Shown piece by piece: positions 12,337-26,488 of a DNA stretch of 64,000 nucleotides. The position numbers and the translations under genes are program-made. Source of the stretch: Marsupella aquatica (Eukaryota > Plantae > Marchantiophyta); NCBI GenBank assembly GCA_973895155.1, contig OZ316892.1, forward strand, positions 696,917 to 760,916, written 5' to 3'. The notes beneath the pieces were generated by a model. The model worked only from the letters and a program-made list of their open reading frames with translations, was not told the origin of the DNA and did not search any database. Within the stretch, counting starts at the first letter, position 1. The number at the start of each line of letters is the position of its first letter.

Positions 12337-15300
12337 CTATCGTGATGAGGAAACTGGACTGGGTAAGTGCTGGGTAGCTGTAAAGTTGGTATTAGTACAA
12401 ATTGCCTTCACTGGGGGGGTATGAAAGTCCCGAAGATCAGAAAGCCGTCGCTTCTCAACTGCAATTCTTGCCTGATTGCGTAAATACACCACGTGAGTTT
12501 CATGAAATCAATCAACCCTAAACCGTGCTAGATGACATTCCTTCAAAAGAGCCGAGAATGTCGAAGCTACACGAAGGATCAGACCAGGGAACATATCGTT
12601 TACCTTTAGTGTACAGTCGGAAAGTTCTCTCTCCAAAGACTCGAGCCGGTCCTGGAGCTGGTGGAGAGCCATCATTGCTGCAGATGGATCAAGATCTCTG
12701 GATGCACTTTGAATGCCAGCAGCCTGCTCTCACCAAAGCATTCGACAAAATGTTAAGACTTTATCTGACTCGCTTCAAAGATGACCGTCTACTGATGGGC
12801 AGATCGTCTTCGGTTTCAAGGCAAAAGAAAGACTCAGAACACAAAAAATGGTATAAGGCAGAACAATAAAACATCTCATAAACACACCTGCATAATCCCT
12901 GTACACAACCCAATTAAAGTTTCTGCCAGCTGTAACCTATTTTCTTCTGTTTCCTGTAATGTTCCACAAAGGTTGGTTGACAGAAAACAGGAATTAGACA
13001 CAGAGATCACATTGCAATCTCGAAGCATACGTAACTGTACAAACCCAAACCATTCGACTGAGAGAAATTTAAGTTCAAGTATAGAAGTGAGATGGGCGAG
13101 TAAGTGACAGTGGACTTGTCCACTGGATTGACACCTGGAGTTTCTTCTGCAGACGGGCTTCCTCATCGAAATTTTGGAATGGACTCTTCCCCTCAGCAGT
13201 CCGATACCGTGCAAGCTCATCATTTACACGAGTAAACAATATCTCCATCCGCCGAAGTTTACCACTGAGATCCTCATTTTGAAGCCTCATAGAGTTGTTC
13301 TCCTCCTGTAGACGACACAATATCTCATATTATGTGAGCTTGTATTGCTGCGGGACACATTCCCTGCACATTGGCCTAGACCATTTGCAGATGGGCCAAA
13401 TAATACGGAAATCTGGATCAACCTTTGTCTTGGCATGATGATGAATTCGCTGCTGTAAGTTTTGCTGCCCAGAGAGCTTTTTGATCTCGTCATCAACATC
13501 TGCGACTTTCTGCCGAAGAGCATGATTGTCCGCCTGTATTCCCGATCACACAAACACAATTGTCGGGGTCATCATAAGTCATCCCAACTCTGGATACGAT
13601 GTTTCTTTATTTCTAAGACCCCACTAGAACTAATTTCACAATGACGCATCTCAGAACTTACCCGAAATTTGTCATTCTCTGCGGTGAGGGTCTCGTCCCT
13701 CAAACGAAGTTTCTCAGCCGAGACCCGAGCAGCAACAGCCTGGGCCTGTCTGCGATTTATCTCTTCTAGCCAGCTGCAACGACAAGAACAGACCATCCAG
13801 AAACATTTTCAGCCTCTTCAGTGGCCCACCAAACCAACGAACTCAGGGAAACCTGAAACATAAAATCATTTTTAACGTCCAAAATCAAGCAATCTGCTGT
13901 CACCCCTCCGACATTGATACCAAAGGTAGAAACGTAGACGATGGAAACCACACTTGTGTATGCTTGGATCCAAGTAAGTACTATCTTGGACTCAACCGTC
14001 ATTACATAATGCCATTTTGAGCCTTGTTTTTGTATACGAACTATTAGGGTGATGCAGTCAAGCTTCAGAGGCAAAAATGAGATGCAAGTGAATGATGAGA
14101 GAAAGAGGTCTACATAGTAAGATTCGCAGAGCCATTAGCTGTCGTTGAACTACTTACTGGGTGTTCTTCAACGAACATGAGAGATTTATTCAAGGACCCA
14201 AAAAGGATACTCTGACCCTGCCAGAGTTAGAAGAACAACCGTACCTCTCTCGCTCTTCAATAAATTCATTTAATTTATCTCGGAGTGTATCCAGCTCGTC
14301 TTCCTGCGAACAGGTCATAACATCCAGATAAGTTTCAGACGCAGAGGAAAACTCCGCTTAGCAACCCAACTGAAACTCGCAAGTTGTGGGGGTGCCCCTC
14401 TGCAGACCTTCTGCTGAGCTTCCACTATGCGACGCCTGGCCTGCTCAGTTATTCGTTGCACCTGCTGCTGATTTAGGAGTGTCTGCAACGGTTGAAAAAT
14501 TGAAGAGGGAATTCAGACAAATCTAGCCGTGAATGACTTCAAGGGCCCCGGACAGCCAACCCGGGCCTGTCAGTCGGACATAAAAGCGAACAAAAATTGC
14601 CGAAGAACAAGAAAGTGTGCCGCGAGATGAAATGGCTGAGAAAGTTATTATCAGTACAATCCTCAACACAATGAGGCAATGAAGCAAATTCGGTGTAAAG
14701 AGCAAAACAGAATAGAAATTCGACACGGTCATAGCCAATTACCATTAAACCTTGGCAACTTACAGCATAGCTGGCAATGTCCATTTTGACTCCTAGAAGA
14801 TCTCTTACTACATCATGAGTCATACTCTCTGCCTCAGCAAGTTTCGTGTTGAGCATGAAGACCTGGGCAAAAACCACGTAAGAACCATGATGACTTTCAT
14901 GAAGCCATTTTGCCGTTCCCCCACTCCCCCGAAAAAAGACATGAGGACTAATACTTTGTCGCACTTGTTGCAGAAAAAATTCTCATTCCTGCGAAGGCAA
15001 GTGACTCAAACGGATACCTCTTTCTGACGAGAAGCCGCGACAGTCTCCAGCTCCTTTATCCTTTTCTTGGCAGCGGAGAGCTCCTCGTCCATATCTGAAG
15101 ATCTTTGTTTGTCTAGACCTGAACCAATACACTTGAATGATGAACTAGCTCCCTTGACCTTGCCTGTGGACTTCTCAACCGCTTTACTAAGTGATCCACA
15201 AGTGGGATGAACTTTACGTTCTTCCACCGTGGGATGTTCCACCATGGTTTCAAGGGTTTTGAGCTGCACCAGACAAGACAGTAACGTCATTCTATGCGTT

Positions 15301-18300
15301 CCGAGTCATTTGCGTAGTCAGAATCACAACAATTTAACAAGTGATAAGCAGAAGAAGTACCTTTTGTTGATTTTCGGACGCTTGTTTTTCCGCTCCTAAC
15401 GTCAACTCAGCAATATGCGCTTTGCAGCTTCTTAACTGCAAAGACGAGGAAACGAAATGATGCTTTAGGACGTATGAACTCTTGTGAGCAATGACCTAAG
15501 AATGTTCCAAAATTGCGAGAGGAACTTGTCTGCACCAGATATATATCAAGGTAATACCTGAACGTCCTTCTCAGCACATTCCTGCTGCAAACTTTCAACG
15601 GATTTGCGGGCCTGAATCTGCTGATTCTTCATTTCGATTACAATCCTGTTCCAAACAAATACAGCTCAGAACCAAACTTCCTTCAAGCCCCACAGGGAAA
15701 TAAAATCTGGAGAGATTCAGAGAAATCATGTTAGGCGCGATAGAATAACTCAAGTACCTGTCAAGTTCAGTTTTCGAAGTCTCTGCACGTTGAATGGCCC
15801 GCACTGTTTGAGCTTCCTGACTGTCTCTCGTTACCTGCATCAATCCCATCTCGCTCTTTGAGGCCTCCAGTTCCTTGTCAAGAGACTCCCTCGCAACGCG
15901 TTGTTTTTCCGACTCTCGTTTGACAATATCGAGCTGAATTGACGGACATCCACTCGTTAGTACATCAACAACCGTAGGACTTCAGCAACGAAATAAAATA
16001 ATAGAAACATCTCGGTTACTTGTCTGTATATAGCTTCCACATACCTGGCTCTCTAGCGCATACACAGTACTCTCAAGTTCCTCTACTGATCGTTCCAAAA
16101 TCCGAGCCTCCTCTTCCTTCTCTTCCGCATGACTTTTACTCCGTTCTGCGGCCTGGCCAGCCAATTGAAGAATGTACTCACAACCGATCAACATACAAAA
16201 GACCAAAATGACTTACCATTTGGAATTTCAAATGTAGAGAAAGCAATGAGACAGCAGAATCTAACACTGAACTTACTTGACGTGCCTCTGCAGCAACTAT
16301 TTCAAGCTCATCAGCTAGAGTCTGAGCCATTTCAAGCTGTTCGTTGAGGACGACAAGATCAGTTTGATATTTGTCGCGCTCATTCTCCACAGCTTTTAGT
16401 TCGCTATTCATCGTCTGAAGCGACTGGACAATTCCTTGCTCTTTCACAACCTTGAGATCAGGAAGGTCTTTCAATGCCCTGTCGTTTTTAGATGTCAGTT
16501 CACAGACAACAGTTTGCATGTCCTCGAAGCTGCTCACCATTTCGCCTTCCAGATCGAGGAGCCGAGCTACCAGATCATCCTTCAGGAACTTCATCTCAAC
16601 ACCTAGATGATCCAAATCCCGTTGATGGTCATTCTTCAGTTCAAATAGTTCCCTATCGACAGCCAAGAGGAGATCCGCCGTTGCAACCAAGCCATTCACC
16701 TCCTCCTTACACATTATCCAGATATCTTGTTTTTGTGTATGCATGTCAGTTTCCAGTCTTGCAATCTTGGACACCAGCTTGTCCCTCTCTGGCATCCACC
16801 ATCCTTGCACAATTCCGAGACTCTCCTTTTCGGTTTTCCAGTCTAGTGCATCCTGTTTTGCATTCTCATTAGCTTTGACTAATGCATCCACAAGATCTTC
16901 AGCTTCTTTCAACGTCGCTTGACCATCCTGGAATTTCTCAAGCAAAGCACCAGCTTCGTTCCTTTTCTCGTTTGCGACAAGTTTTGCTTCAGTTAGCTCC
17001 TGAGCAAGGGCTACTTTCTCTTTCCTCCATTCAAATTCCACATCGTGCATTTTTGTTTCCCAATCGGACATAACGCCCACTACTTTCTGGAGCTCGGCCT
17101 CGCATCCTTCAATTTTGATATCTCGCTTGAAAAGCTCTTCCTCGGTAGTCTTGAACTTCAAAGAAAGGGTCTCGATTAGACTCTTATTCTCGAGCTGGAT
17201 TTGCGTCAACCTGTGGTTTTCACAATGTACTTTGTCCATCTCCAGTTCTGCCTCCTTCAGATTTGCAATTGCTATCTGCATGTCTTTCTTTGCCGAAAGG
17301 ATGGTCCTATCTTTCTCAGAGATCTTGGCTCTCAACACTTGGATTTCCTGCTTTTGCCTGCTATATAGATGAGCCTCCTCGAATTGTTTCTGATCTTCCG
17401 ATCCTGGGATGCACTCATGTAAGCATTGGCTCAGTTCTCCCCTACTTTTGGAAACACCAGACCCTTCGTTGCTGACATTTCCACTTTTTATTTGTCCGGC
17501 CGAGACCTCCAACTCCTCGAGTTTCCTCGTAAGAAGCTCTTGTTCCGATCTCCAGCATGCCTCTGCCAGAAGATACTGGTCTCTTAATTGATTCAATGCA
17601 GCAATGCTATCATCTGCTTCTGTACACTCTGTTTTAAAAGCTATCGACATTCCCCTGAGCGTATCCATTTGCTCCTGTTGCTCTGTAACCTTCGCCAGAG
17701 ATAGTTTGGCATCCTCATTCAACTTATGTACTTCCTCTTCAAGCCCTGTAAGCCTCAAACCAAGATCTTCTATATTCTCAACTGCAACTTTCAAGCTTCC
17801 TTCTGTTGCCACTAATTTCAACTCAGCAGCGGCAATCTCATCTCGAAGCTCTGTTTCACGAGCATCATTTTCATCCTTCATTCTTCTCTTGTTTACTTCC
17901 CAATTGTCCCTTCCCAGCACAACCTGAGCCTTATCTGAATCAGCGACAGCTTGCAGTTCATACGTCTGGACCTCGGCATTCTCGACTCTTCTCTGCATTT
18001 CGAGATATCTGTCCTCCACTTCTTCGAGAGCGACGGAGCTGATGTTAGCAGCTGAATCCAAAAATGCAAGATCCTTCTCCAGATTCCGCTGAGATATTTC
18101 TAGCCCTCCCAACTCCTGTTCCATTGTTATCAATCGGGCTTCTACTCTTTCCAAGGTCTGTTGACTTCTTCTAGTACTGTCAAATATAGCACTCTGTATT
18201 TCTTCCAACTCTACATTTACACAAAATGAATCGAATCGAAGACTGTCTTTCTCCTGTCTCATCTCCTCGGTTACACGCCTTGTGTCTGCCCTCTCTACCT

Positions 18301-18997
18301 CCCATCGTACTTTTGTTCCGGTCAGCTCCTCCATTTGCCTGGATAGCGAGTTCTCGTGCAGCTCCGCTTCCATTAGTTTAAATCGTAGTCCAGCAAGGTC
18401 TCCCTGAGTAGCAACGAGTTCCTGCTCTTTCTCCGTGCAGCGCATTTCAGCTTGGCTAGAAGTAAGCACCAGCCTGCATTTCTCGAGTTCCAGTTCTTCC
18501 ACTGCGACTGTCAAGGACTTAACACCCTCTAGCATCTCTGAAACTCGGAACTCTGTTTTTTTAAAACTCGAGTCCAGACGCTGCACGTCAGTTTTCAGGC
18601 TCCCCTGTGTAGACACCAACTCAGCAGATACAACTTCTTGTCGCGGTTGTGTGTCACATGCACATTTCCCCTCTTCGATTCTTGTGTTATAAGCTTCCTT
18701 GTTGCTCATCTCGAGAGCAAACTGAGTGGCTACCAAGTCAACAGCAATTTGCATATTGTTAATCTGGACCACAACAATCCCGAGTAGTCTCTTCATTTCG
18801 AGCTCCTTCTCTTCCAAAGCAAACGCGTCACCCGAAGCAGCTGCCTCCAGCAATGCCATATCATACTCCAGCTTGACCTTGGACATTTTCAACCTTGCCA
18901 GCTCTTCCTCCATTGCTGTCATTCTAGCTTCCAGTACTTGGAAGGCTTCCTGATTTGCTCTGAAACTCTCCAGTACTGAAATCTCCATTTTTTCCAT
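12337..18997 (-). CDS. Kinesin-12 (POK1/POK2-like) coiled-coil stalk and tail, multi-exon; motor domain not seen
   Basis: Large coiled-coil exon (~18997-16277), then GT-AG exons at approx. 16152-16045, 15933-15758, 15645-15558, 15435-15361, 15263-15018, 14864-14763, 14482-14408, 14303-14246, 13773-13662, 13532-13422, 13304-13137, 12953-12888, 12726-12604, 12471-12337. KIN12 tail motifs VFMLNTKLAEAESMTHDVVRDLLGVKMD and KKLSGQQNLQQRIHHHAKTKEENN. Confidence 0.82.
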
Positions 18998-19009
18998 CTC
19001 TAAATTCAA

Positions 19010-20095
19010 ATAATCTACATGTATCGCAGCTTGTGCTTTTCCTCTCTCAGCTTTAGCATTTCATGTTCCACACCCGTCCTCTCGATATCCCGCTCCACCG
19101 TAGCTACTGTGAGCTCCTCCATTCGTTCGGATACGGATTGCTCTCGCAGCTCTGGTGCACTAAAGTCTGGCTCGTACGTCAGCCAGATCACCCCGGATTG
19201 CGGTTATCTGCAACTCTTTCTCGCTGAAATTCGTGTCACCTTGACGAGCAGCCAGTACTAATGTTCCCGCCAATTTCTTCCTCCAGCATTAATACCTTAG
19301 AACCACAAAGTACCAAGCTCTCTCCCGACTGAACAAATACCAAGCTTTCTTCCTTCGACAGTCGAGACTTCGTGACAGAGCACCTCGAGTCCATCCCTCA
19401 CATTGCTCATGAAGAATTCCAGGCTCTCCGCACATGCATCTGGCGAAGGGAACTTGCTTTCATCACAACATATTTAGCGCCCCGTTGTACGCTGAATATA
19501 TAAATCTAAATTATATATGACGGATATTAGTATATTGTTGTTCGTCTTTCACTCACACCTCGTGTAAAAATCAGCTCGGCATTGTAATTTCTGAGGCTCA
19601 ATTCCACCACCCCAAGTTGTTGCTTTAGATTTCCCTGTTTCTAGAGCATGAATGGACTTCCAAACAGGCTTCTGGAATTCGTGACTTTCTTCCGGTTGAC
19701 GTTGCAGCCTTGACACCTCTGAGGGGGCAATATGTTTTGTTACCTGAATTTTGTTCTCAAGAGGAAAAACACACTATCTCCCACAAATCTCATGATCGTT
19801 GTGCTTCTAAAAGCTCCCTACACAATCCTTCATGTTCTACTCGTGTCTTCTCGAGCTTCTGTTGCAGTCTCTCGTGCTCTTCCCGGCCTTAAACGAGCTC
19901 GTCCAGTGGCTCGTGTCGATCTTGTGCTTTTTCAAACGTCTCGTCGCTCGCAGCATATCGCAAATTAGTAACTGGTGTTGGTCAGCGATGTTCGAGGACT
20001 GGCGATTTGTCATCTTCCTTATTAAGCTTCTTCAACGCAGTCGGCAATAAATCTACAGTACTTGTCTGCCAATCCGTTCAAAAGTAACTCCACAA
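19010..20095 (-). pseudogene. Decayed 5' continuation of the kinesin-12-like gene
   Basis: RMEELTVATVERDIERTGVEHEMLKLREEKHKLRY aligns with the internal repeat of the big exon but is out of frame at ~19020. Further coiled-coil-like stretches upstream contain stops. Confidence 0.6.
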
Positions 20096-20853
20096 CATCA
20101 ACGAGCTGAGGAATCCTTACGCCAAAAGTCCGACAAGTTGCCCCTCTGCAGCACACAGCAGCCCGCTCCTTTTCTTTGGTTTTTGAATTCTCAAACCACT
20201 GAATGCTACAGGATTGGACCAATCCATGCTACTCACAAACATTCTGATAAACTGATTAAACACATATTTTACGTTCGACATCAGACAATCTTTTTTTGGA
20301 AAATGATGCTCCCACCACAACGTTGGTTTTTGAAAACACACATGTACCACATTTACCAAAATTTGAATTTAAATCTAATAACTTGACGTTCATAAATTCA
20401 AACAAATAATAGCTTTGAGGATGTGCTAGAAGAGCAGGTAAGTTACACTTCCATCAAAGTAAGAGAGTTTTGGCCATTTTTATTGAGTTATTCATCATGG
20501 AAGTAGAGGGGTAAATTCTATTAGAATAATTTTCATTGTGTTCATATGAAATATTAAGGGTTTTTTGCCTCCTCCTTCTCTACTCACCTTGCAGGTGAAA
20601 AATTAAATTATCATCAGACTCATAATCATCAAGATGGACCACCAAAGTGTGGTCCAAGGGAGCTCTGTGTCCAACATGTAGTCCATCTGGGCTTTACTTC
20701 CCTCTTTTTAGCCCTGAATAAAATATCAGTTTGAATTCCATCCAAAGGAAAGCATACAACAGGGTGGCCAGAAGGGACCAGAGGTTGGAAGTGCAAAACT
20801 AAACTGCCCGCTGAGGGAAGAAGGGTGCACCAGGACAGATTCCCGGACAGATT

Positions 20854-20957
20854 ACAGGCCTTCCAAAAGGCAGACAGCAAACACTCCAACGGCAGGAGAA
20901 GCACACAGGCCTTCCAAAAGGCAGATAGCAAACACTCTAGCAACAGGAGAAGCACAC
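20854..20957. repeat. Tandem duplication, 51-bp unit x2
   Basis: acaggccttccaaaaggcaga(c/t)agcaaacactc...caggagaagcac at 20854 and 20905. Confidence 0.85.
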
Positions 20958-21340
20958 TCCATATGACTGGCCAGTGCTCAGGTATCGGCGAGGTCCGTTC
21001 AATGGTTCTCTAATAGAGCTACTTTACTATTGGTCAGGGTTGTGACACTCTTTTAGTTCATTTTTAAAAACGTTTTATATATACTTTTTCTGGTTTTGGG
21101 GCCTTGATGTGTCTTTTGAATTCCATTCACGAAGACATCATAGAGCAGGGTGACCTCAAGTGCAGCACAAGGGGAGGACCAAAAGTCATAAGTGCCAAAC
21201 CAAACTTGCTGCTGGCACCAAGAAAGAGGTGAAAGAAAGTTAACAAGCTACTTAACTCCTGCCAGGAGGAGAAGCACGCCATCATTTCTTCCTTAGCAGA
21301 ATCTAAATCAAGCTCGGGGGTTTCACTTTCACAAAAATAA

Positions 21341-22855
21341 CACATCACGTGCGACGAAGTATAGGGTCATTTTATTGGTTCAACGGAAGACTTAAGAATT
21401 TTATGAGAAGAACAATATGGTCTTTAAATCCAATTTTGAGACTTACAAGAACATTAGGGTCCTTATCACCAAATTTTTGGAAAGTTTTGGGGGTTTAGGG
21501 TACATTTTTGGGGGTCCGAGGCCAAAAAATGTTGCAGGTGATGGGGAGGCATCCATATAGTGAGACCCCTGAGAAATCAAGCTCCTTTCAATCTACCAGA
21601 GGCTGAGGCTACAATGTGAAATGTTCTGCAATGGGCTTTGCTTCTTTTGGGGGCCGTTAGGGGGGGAGGGGCATAACAAGAAGTATATATAAGACTGGCG
21701 GGGTTTTATGAAGTGGGTCCGTGATAGAGTTATTTTATGATTGACCAGATCTGCATTGAGGCCTATAATCCTGAATCAAGACATTCAAACTAAATTCATG
21801 GCGGACAAGGTGGGATAATGTTGGGGATCTAATTGAACAACATGACAGCAAAGGAACCAGCATACACAATGAATCAACACTGACAAGGAGAGTATGTGGT
21901 TCAACCCATCTGGGCTACGTCCACGGCCGTGAGAGAAGAATCAATATGAGCATAACAATACATCCACCTTAGTCTACCTCCCCAAACTCCACTATGACCT
22001 GATCTCTCTCACCCTCCAACTGAACCTCTCCACAAAAGACTGGACTCTCAAATGTACATGAGCACACATTTAAGTTCCCCTTGGGTATACCCAGTCCCAT
22101 GGTATATGGGACTTAGAACTCAAATGAGTGCTCTCCTAGTTTGCTAAAGCCTAACTAGTACTATATAAATAGATTAATTATACTAGGGACATAACCTAGC
22201 AGACAAGAGGAACTTGTAACATATCTGTCCATGCGGACCTCCCAAAGCTCTGGATATGTCCCATAATCAAAAACCATATCTAGATAAGTCTTTCCTGTTG
22301 TTACGTGCCTGCGTGGATCCTAACTCAATATCTGGCCCAATCCTTCCATAGATAAACTCCCAGTCAATATCATGATTTTTGTATGATGGCATGTGTGTTG
22401 GACCTTGTGTGCTCAATGAAGTGGGAGCTCCGGTCTTTCCAAATATTTGAGCATTCAATGGCCTGTGTGATGTGCCACAACTTTTCTAGGACATCCCACT
22501 CCTCAGGTAGCTAGGGTTCAAACACAAAGTTGTGGATTGGCTATGGGCTGAAGCTTGCAGGACCAACTGGTGTGTGATGCCAACCTGAGAGTGTATTGAG
22601 CTCAATTTCAAATCGATCAGCTGAGAAACCAGGCAACTTCATATACAATGTACCAGGTCAAATTCCCAAAGTGTACAGTCCTTGCTTGGGGTCCTCACTT
22701 CTTTTCTTCCGACCCATCACGCGCAAATAAGTATAGGGTTTTTTTATTGGGTTTAGTGAAATACTTTTAAATTTTTGTTGAAGAACATTAGGGTTATTTT
22801 AATCTAATTTTGAGAATTATAAGAATCATAGGGTTTTTTAAAACCAAATATGGGA
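21341..22855. repeat. Diverged ~140-bp direct repeats (21341-21480 and 22713-22855) within decayed repetitive DNA
   Basis: catcacg.gc...aagtatagggt..ttttattgg...gaagaaca...aattttgaga.tta.aagaa shared by both segments. Confidence 0.5.
21819..22270 (-). mobile_element. Possible Copia-type LTR remnant
   Basis: Begins TGTTGGGG; minus strand contains GTGGACGTAGCCC...GAACCAC, a motif typical of plant Copia LTR 3' parts. Other boundary and TSD not identified. Confidence 0.3.
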
Positions 22856-25800
22856 ATATTCTTGGAATATTCCATGAAGTTAGGGGTAAAACAATTCCTA
22901 AAAAAAACTTTATTGACTTAACTTTTAGGGTGTTTATTCCCCCAAAACTTCGAGCGTGATATGAGACATCCCTTGGATTGAGGCCCCCGAGAGTCCTTGA
23001 AGTCCCCAATCAGGTGAGATTCGTCACGGATAAGAGCTTCCATGGACAATGACCCCATTGCTTTCTCATTGTCTGAATCAAACACTAGCACGGTGCTGAG
23101 GTCGCAATCAGATTCTAATATGCAATTGCAAATTCTTGGGACCAATTGACTATGGAGGATGTTCTCACTGTTAAGAACATCCTCCATAGTAACACAACCA
23201 ACTCTAGTTATCCAAGGTTGGGGATTAGACAGGCACTTGGCTTGGTTGTCTTGTGTGTAATTGAGGTTTGGTCTCCAAAACAGCAAGGTCCCCCACTCCA
23301 AATGTCTTGGTGTAGAAGGAGGCAACTTACTGTTTTTTATGACATTCCACCCCATGCAAATGTTGGTCCATACCTTCAATCCTCCAAAATGTACCATGGA
23401 GCAAATGACATCGAGACATATTTGGGGGTTTGCAACATGAGTGATGCTCACTCATTTTCTAGATTGAGATTTCATCCCATCTGTTAGTTAGTGTGACCCT
23501 TTTTTCTTGATTGTAAAAGAGTTCTGCTGGCCGCTTTGAGCAGCTCAATTTGCCTGAGCCTGCATGGCAATTAGTGGGTCCCAGTGATAGTGACATGTGC
23601 GCTAAATTTTTGTGGCCAAAGTTGAAATCACCTTGCAAAGGTGGACTAAACTTTTGGCCGCTTTGTCTATTGAATTGAGTGTGTTCCCCACACCGGCCCC
23701 TCTGTTAGTCTCATGCCTGGAAGCCTAGACCCTAAAGCTAGATTCAGGCTGAAACTGGCCCACTCATTTTGATCTGGAATAAGTGTGACTGCCCAGTCCG
23801 ATGGTTCCTGTAAAGCCCCTTTTAGATATTAAAGGTCATTCTATCCTTCCCTATGTGTTCTTGACTTGTAGCGACATTGTTTGTGCATAAAGTTTATATG
23901 GGACCTTGGTCTTCGAATCAAGTGTAATTTCAAGGAAACTAGAATAGCAACCTCACTTGATTCTTAAATAGAGAGGACTGGATTCTCTTGATGTGGAATG
24001 TACTGGGGAATGTGCTTTAAGAAAAATTAGAAAGAGGATTCTCTCCAAGCTTGGAAGCAGGACATGGTCAAGTAGATTGAATTGAGCTGCTTAATTATTT
24101 TGTTGACCAGGAAACACATTGGGAGCAAGTTTACACTGCACCCAAATCATGCCATAGAATCACAAATGTGGAGGATTGCGCATAGGCTAGAGGCCCAACA
24201 AAGATTTAAAGAAAGAGCAGGGCCATCAGATGGGTTATGATGATTACTTTGCAGCAGATTGTGCGTCCACATTAGACACAGATCTTTTCTGCATTTTGTG
24301 AGGGGGTTGAATTAGCCTATGCCTCAAGGGTCTACAGTCGGAGGGAAACATGTGGGACCCACATAAATTTTATTTATAATTATCCAAAATTTTATTGAAA
24401 ACCACTAGATAATTATCTCTTGCCACCCACTCCTCACCTATGTGGCACAATGGTGGCCACCTTCCATGCACAATCCAGGGATCCTACCTAGTTCTATCCT
24501 CCCCTGCACTAACCTTGTTCTAGCAGATACTGTACCTCCTGCCATCAGCTTGCCTGTCCTTGCACTACTCCTTTTTAACCAAATTTCTGCCCTAGCTCAA
24601 TTATAATTACCAATTCTTATCGACACAAATTCTTGGTTGCCAAAAACAGACCTTGGGTGGGGAAGAGAGCAATCCCCATGAGGTTGCCACTCATCCTTTG
24701 GGAAGCCAATGGACAGATGCCATGATGGCTACTTGCCCCAGATTTAAACTGCCACGTTCACCAGGGTTGGGAAGACAATAATGCACTTTTTTTTACTTCA
24801 TTCAAAACATTACTGACTAATTTATATAACTTGTATCCACTTACTTTGGGGACATGGCAATTTAAGCGGGGGTTTAAGGGTGAGAGTAATGGTACTCCGA
24901 GATCCGATGTGTCACGAGCAAAATCTGGAACTGAGAATGCAGCCATGACCATGGACCAGTTTCTTTTACCTTTATAAGTGTCATTATGCGCAGGGCCAAT
25001 CCTCCTTTCATCTTGTGTGTCTTGACTTGAGGAGGAAGAAGGAGAAGTGGCTGCCAATATATTTATTTGTAGGAGCATGAATAGGGTGTCTTTGTTTTTA
25101 AGGGGAAATCTGTGAAACCCCACACACGAAATATAGTCAATCATAACATTTGAACCCAACACTTACCAGTCACTACTCAAATGAGCTACCAAATAACCAT
25201 GTCTCTTGCTGTTTCCTATTTTTTGCAGTAAGCTGCTCTAAGAAATGCACATCCACGACCAAACCAAAACTTAATCTCAAGAGTTAGAGTTTGAGATAGG
25301 TTTCAACAAGCTCCCGCAGGCTCCCAACAATTTTTGAATAGGAGCTGACAATTCTCGGCAGATACCAATGCACAAGTCACACGGAGCAAATGTTGGGGTG
25401 GACGCGGGAGCACTGACGGCCTGAGTTGCTGATGGTCACGTTTTACGGAACCGCAGATTTTGGTCTCTGCCCCGACCTGCAACATTTGGGTCAGGGGGAA
25501 ACTTCCAGGAATGAGCTCGTTTGAGGCGCCCTATATTATTGATCTTCTTTGGCACCACCGCACGCTCGCAGCCGTGCCACTACAGACCGAAATGTGACCA
25601 AGTGGGAAAGAAATGCGTCTACGAAACGAAACGAAGGGACATAGATCGAGAAGAATTGCGTCTTTCTCTCTCCCTCTGTATCTGTGCCTGAAATTGATCC
25701 AAATCGTGGCCGGCGGATATACCGGGTGACAGACAGCTAGTTGCCATCATTCATTGCTGTGTTTCTATCTGGTGCACCCATCTTCTCTATCAGCTTGCCC

Positions 25801-26488
25801 GCGGTCGATATCCTGCAGCCCATCAGGTGGATCTATTTGTTCAGGTGGATCTATTTGTGGGATCGGGTAGGATGGGATGGTACTCCTGATTGCCGGCTGA
25901 GGTTAATGTAGCTGTAAATCGACTCCTTTTCTGGTGACGGAATGAACTCTACTGATAAGTAGAAGCTTGCATCTGAGTTTGATTTCCTTCATTTTAAGCG
26001 ATGCAGGGGGCGCTGATGAATGGAATTTAGTGTACTGAGAGGCTGCATTGCGTCATGATGCCTTCATTTACCCCCAATATTGGGGCAGACGGCCTCGCCA
26101 CTGATGTTCCCATAATTTCTTACACCGAGAAGGTTTGCGCCTGGTGCACTCGCCGCTTTCCTTTTCTTTGTTCTGGTTCTTTGGGTTTCTCCTGGTATAA
26201 ATTCTCTTACTTTTAGAGGTAACACCGCTTGGGCCTGACCTTTGGATAGGTGGTCGTGTTGGTCTGGTAGACATGCTTCTCACAATCTTGAATGTATGCC
26301 TTTCGGCATCTGCGATAGATCTGCATCTCACTGCTGTGTCAATTGGATTTTGATTCCTTGCTTTACTGTTTTACAATAAGAGGAGATGTCTTGCAATTTG
26401 TCTGAAATCTTAGTTCACTAGGTTTTGGAACAAATCTTTTGGCATTGATGTCTCCAGCTAAGACATTCTCATATTGTCTCTGTCACAG

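Noticed and set aside
22900-25200. Possible LINE ORF1-like remnant (also 1-1600 and 42800-45450)
   Set aside because: Looks like decayed repetitive DNA, but no endonuclease or RT motif could be identified, so it is not called.
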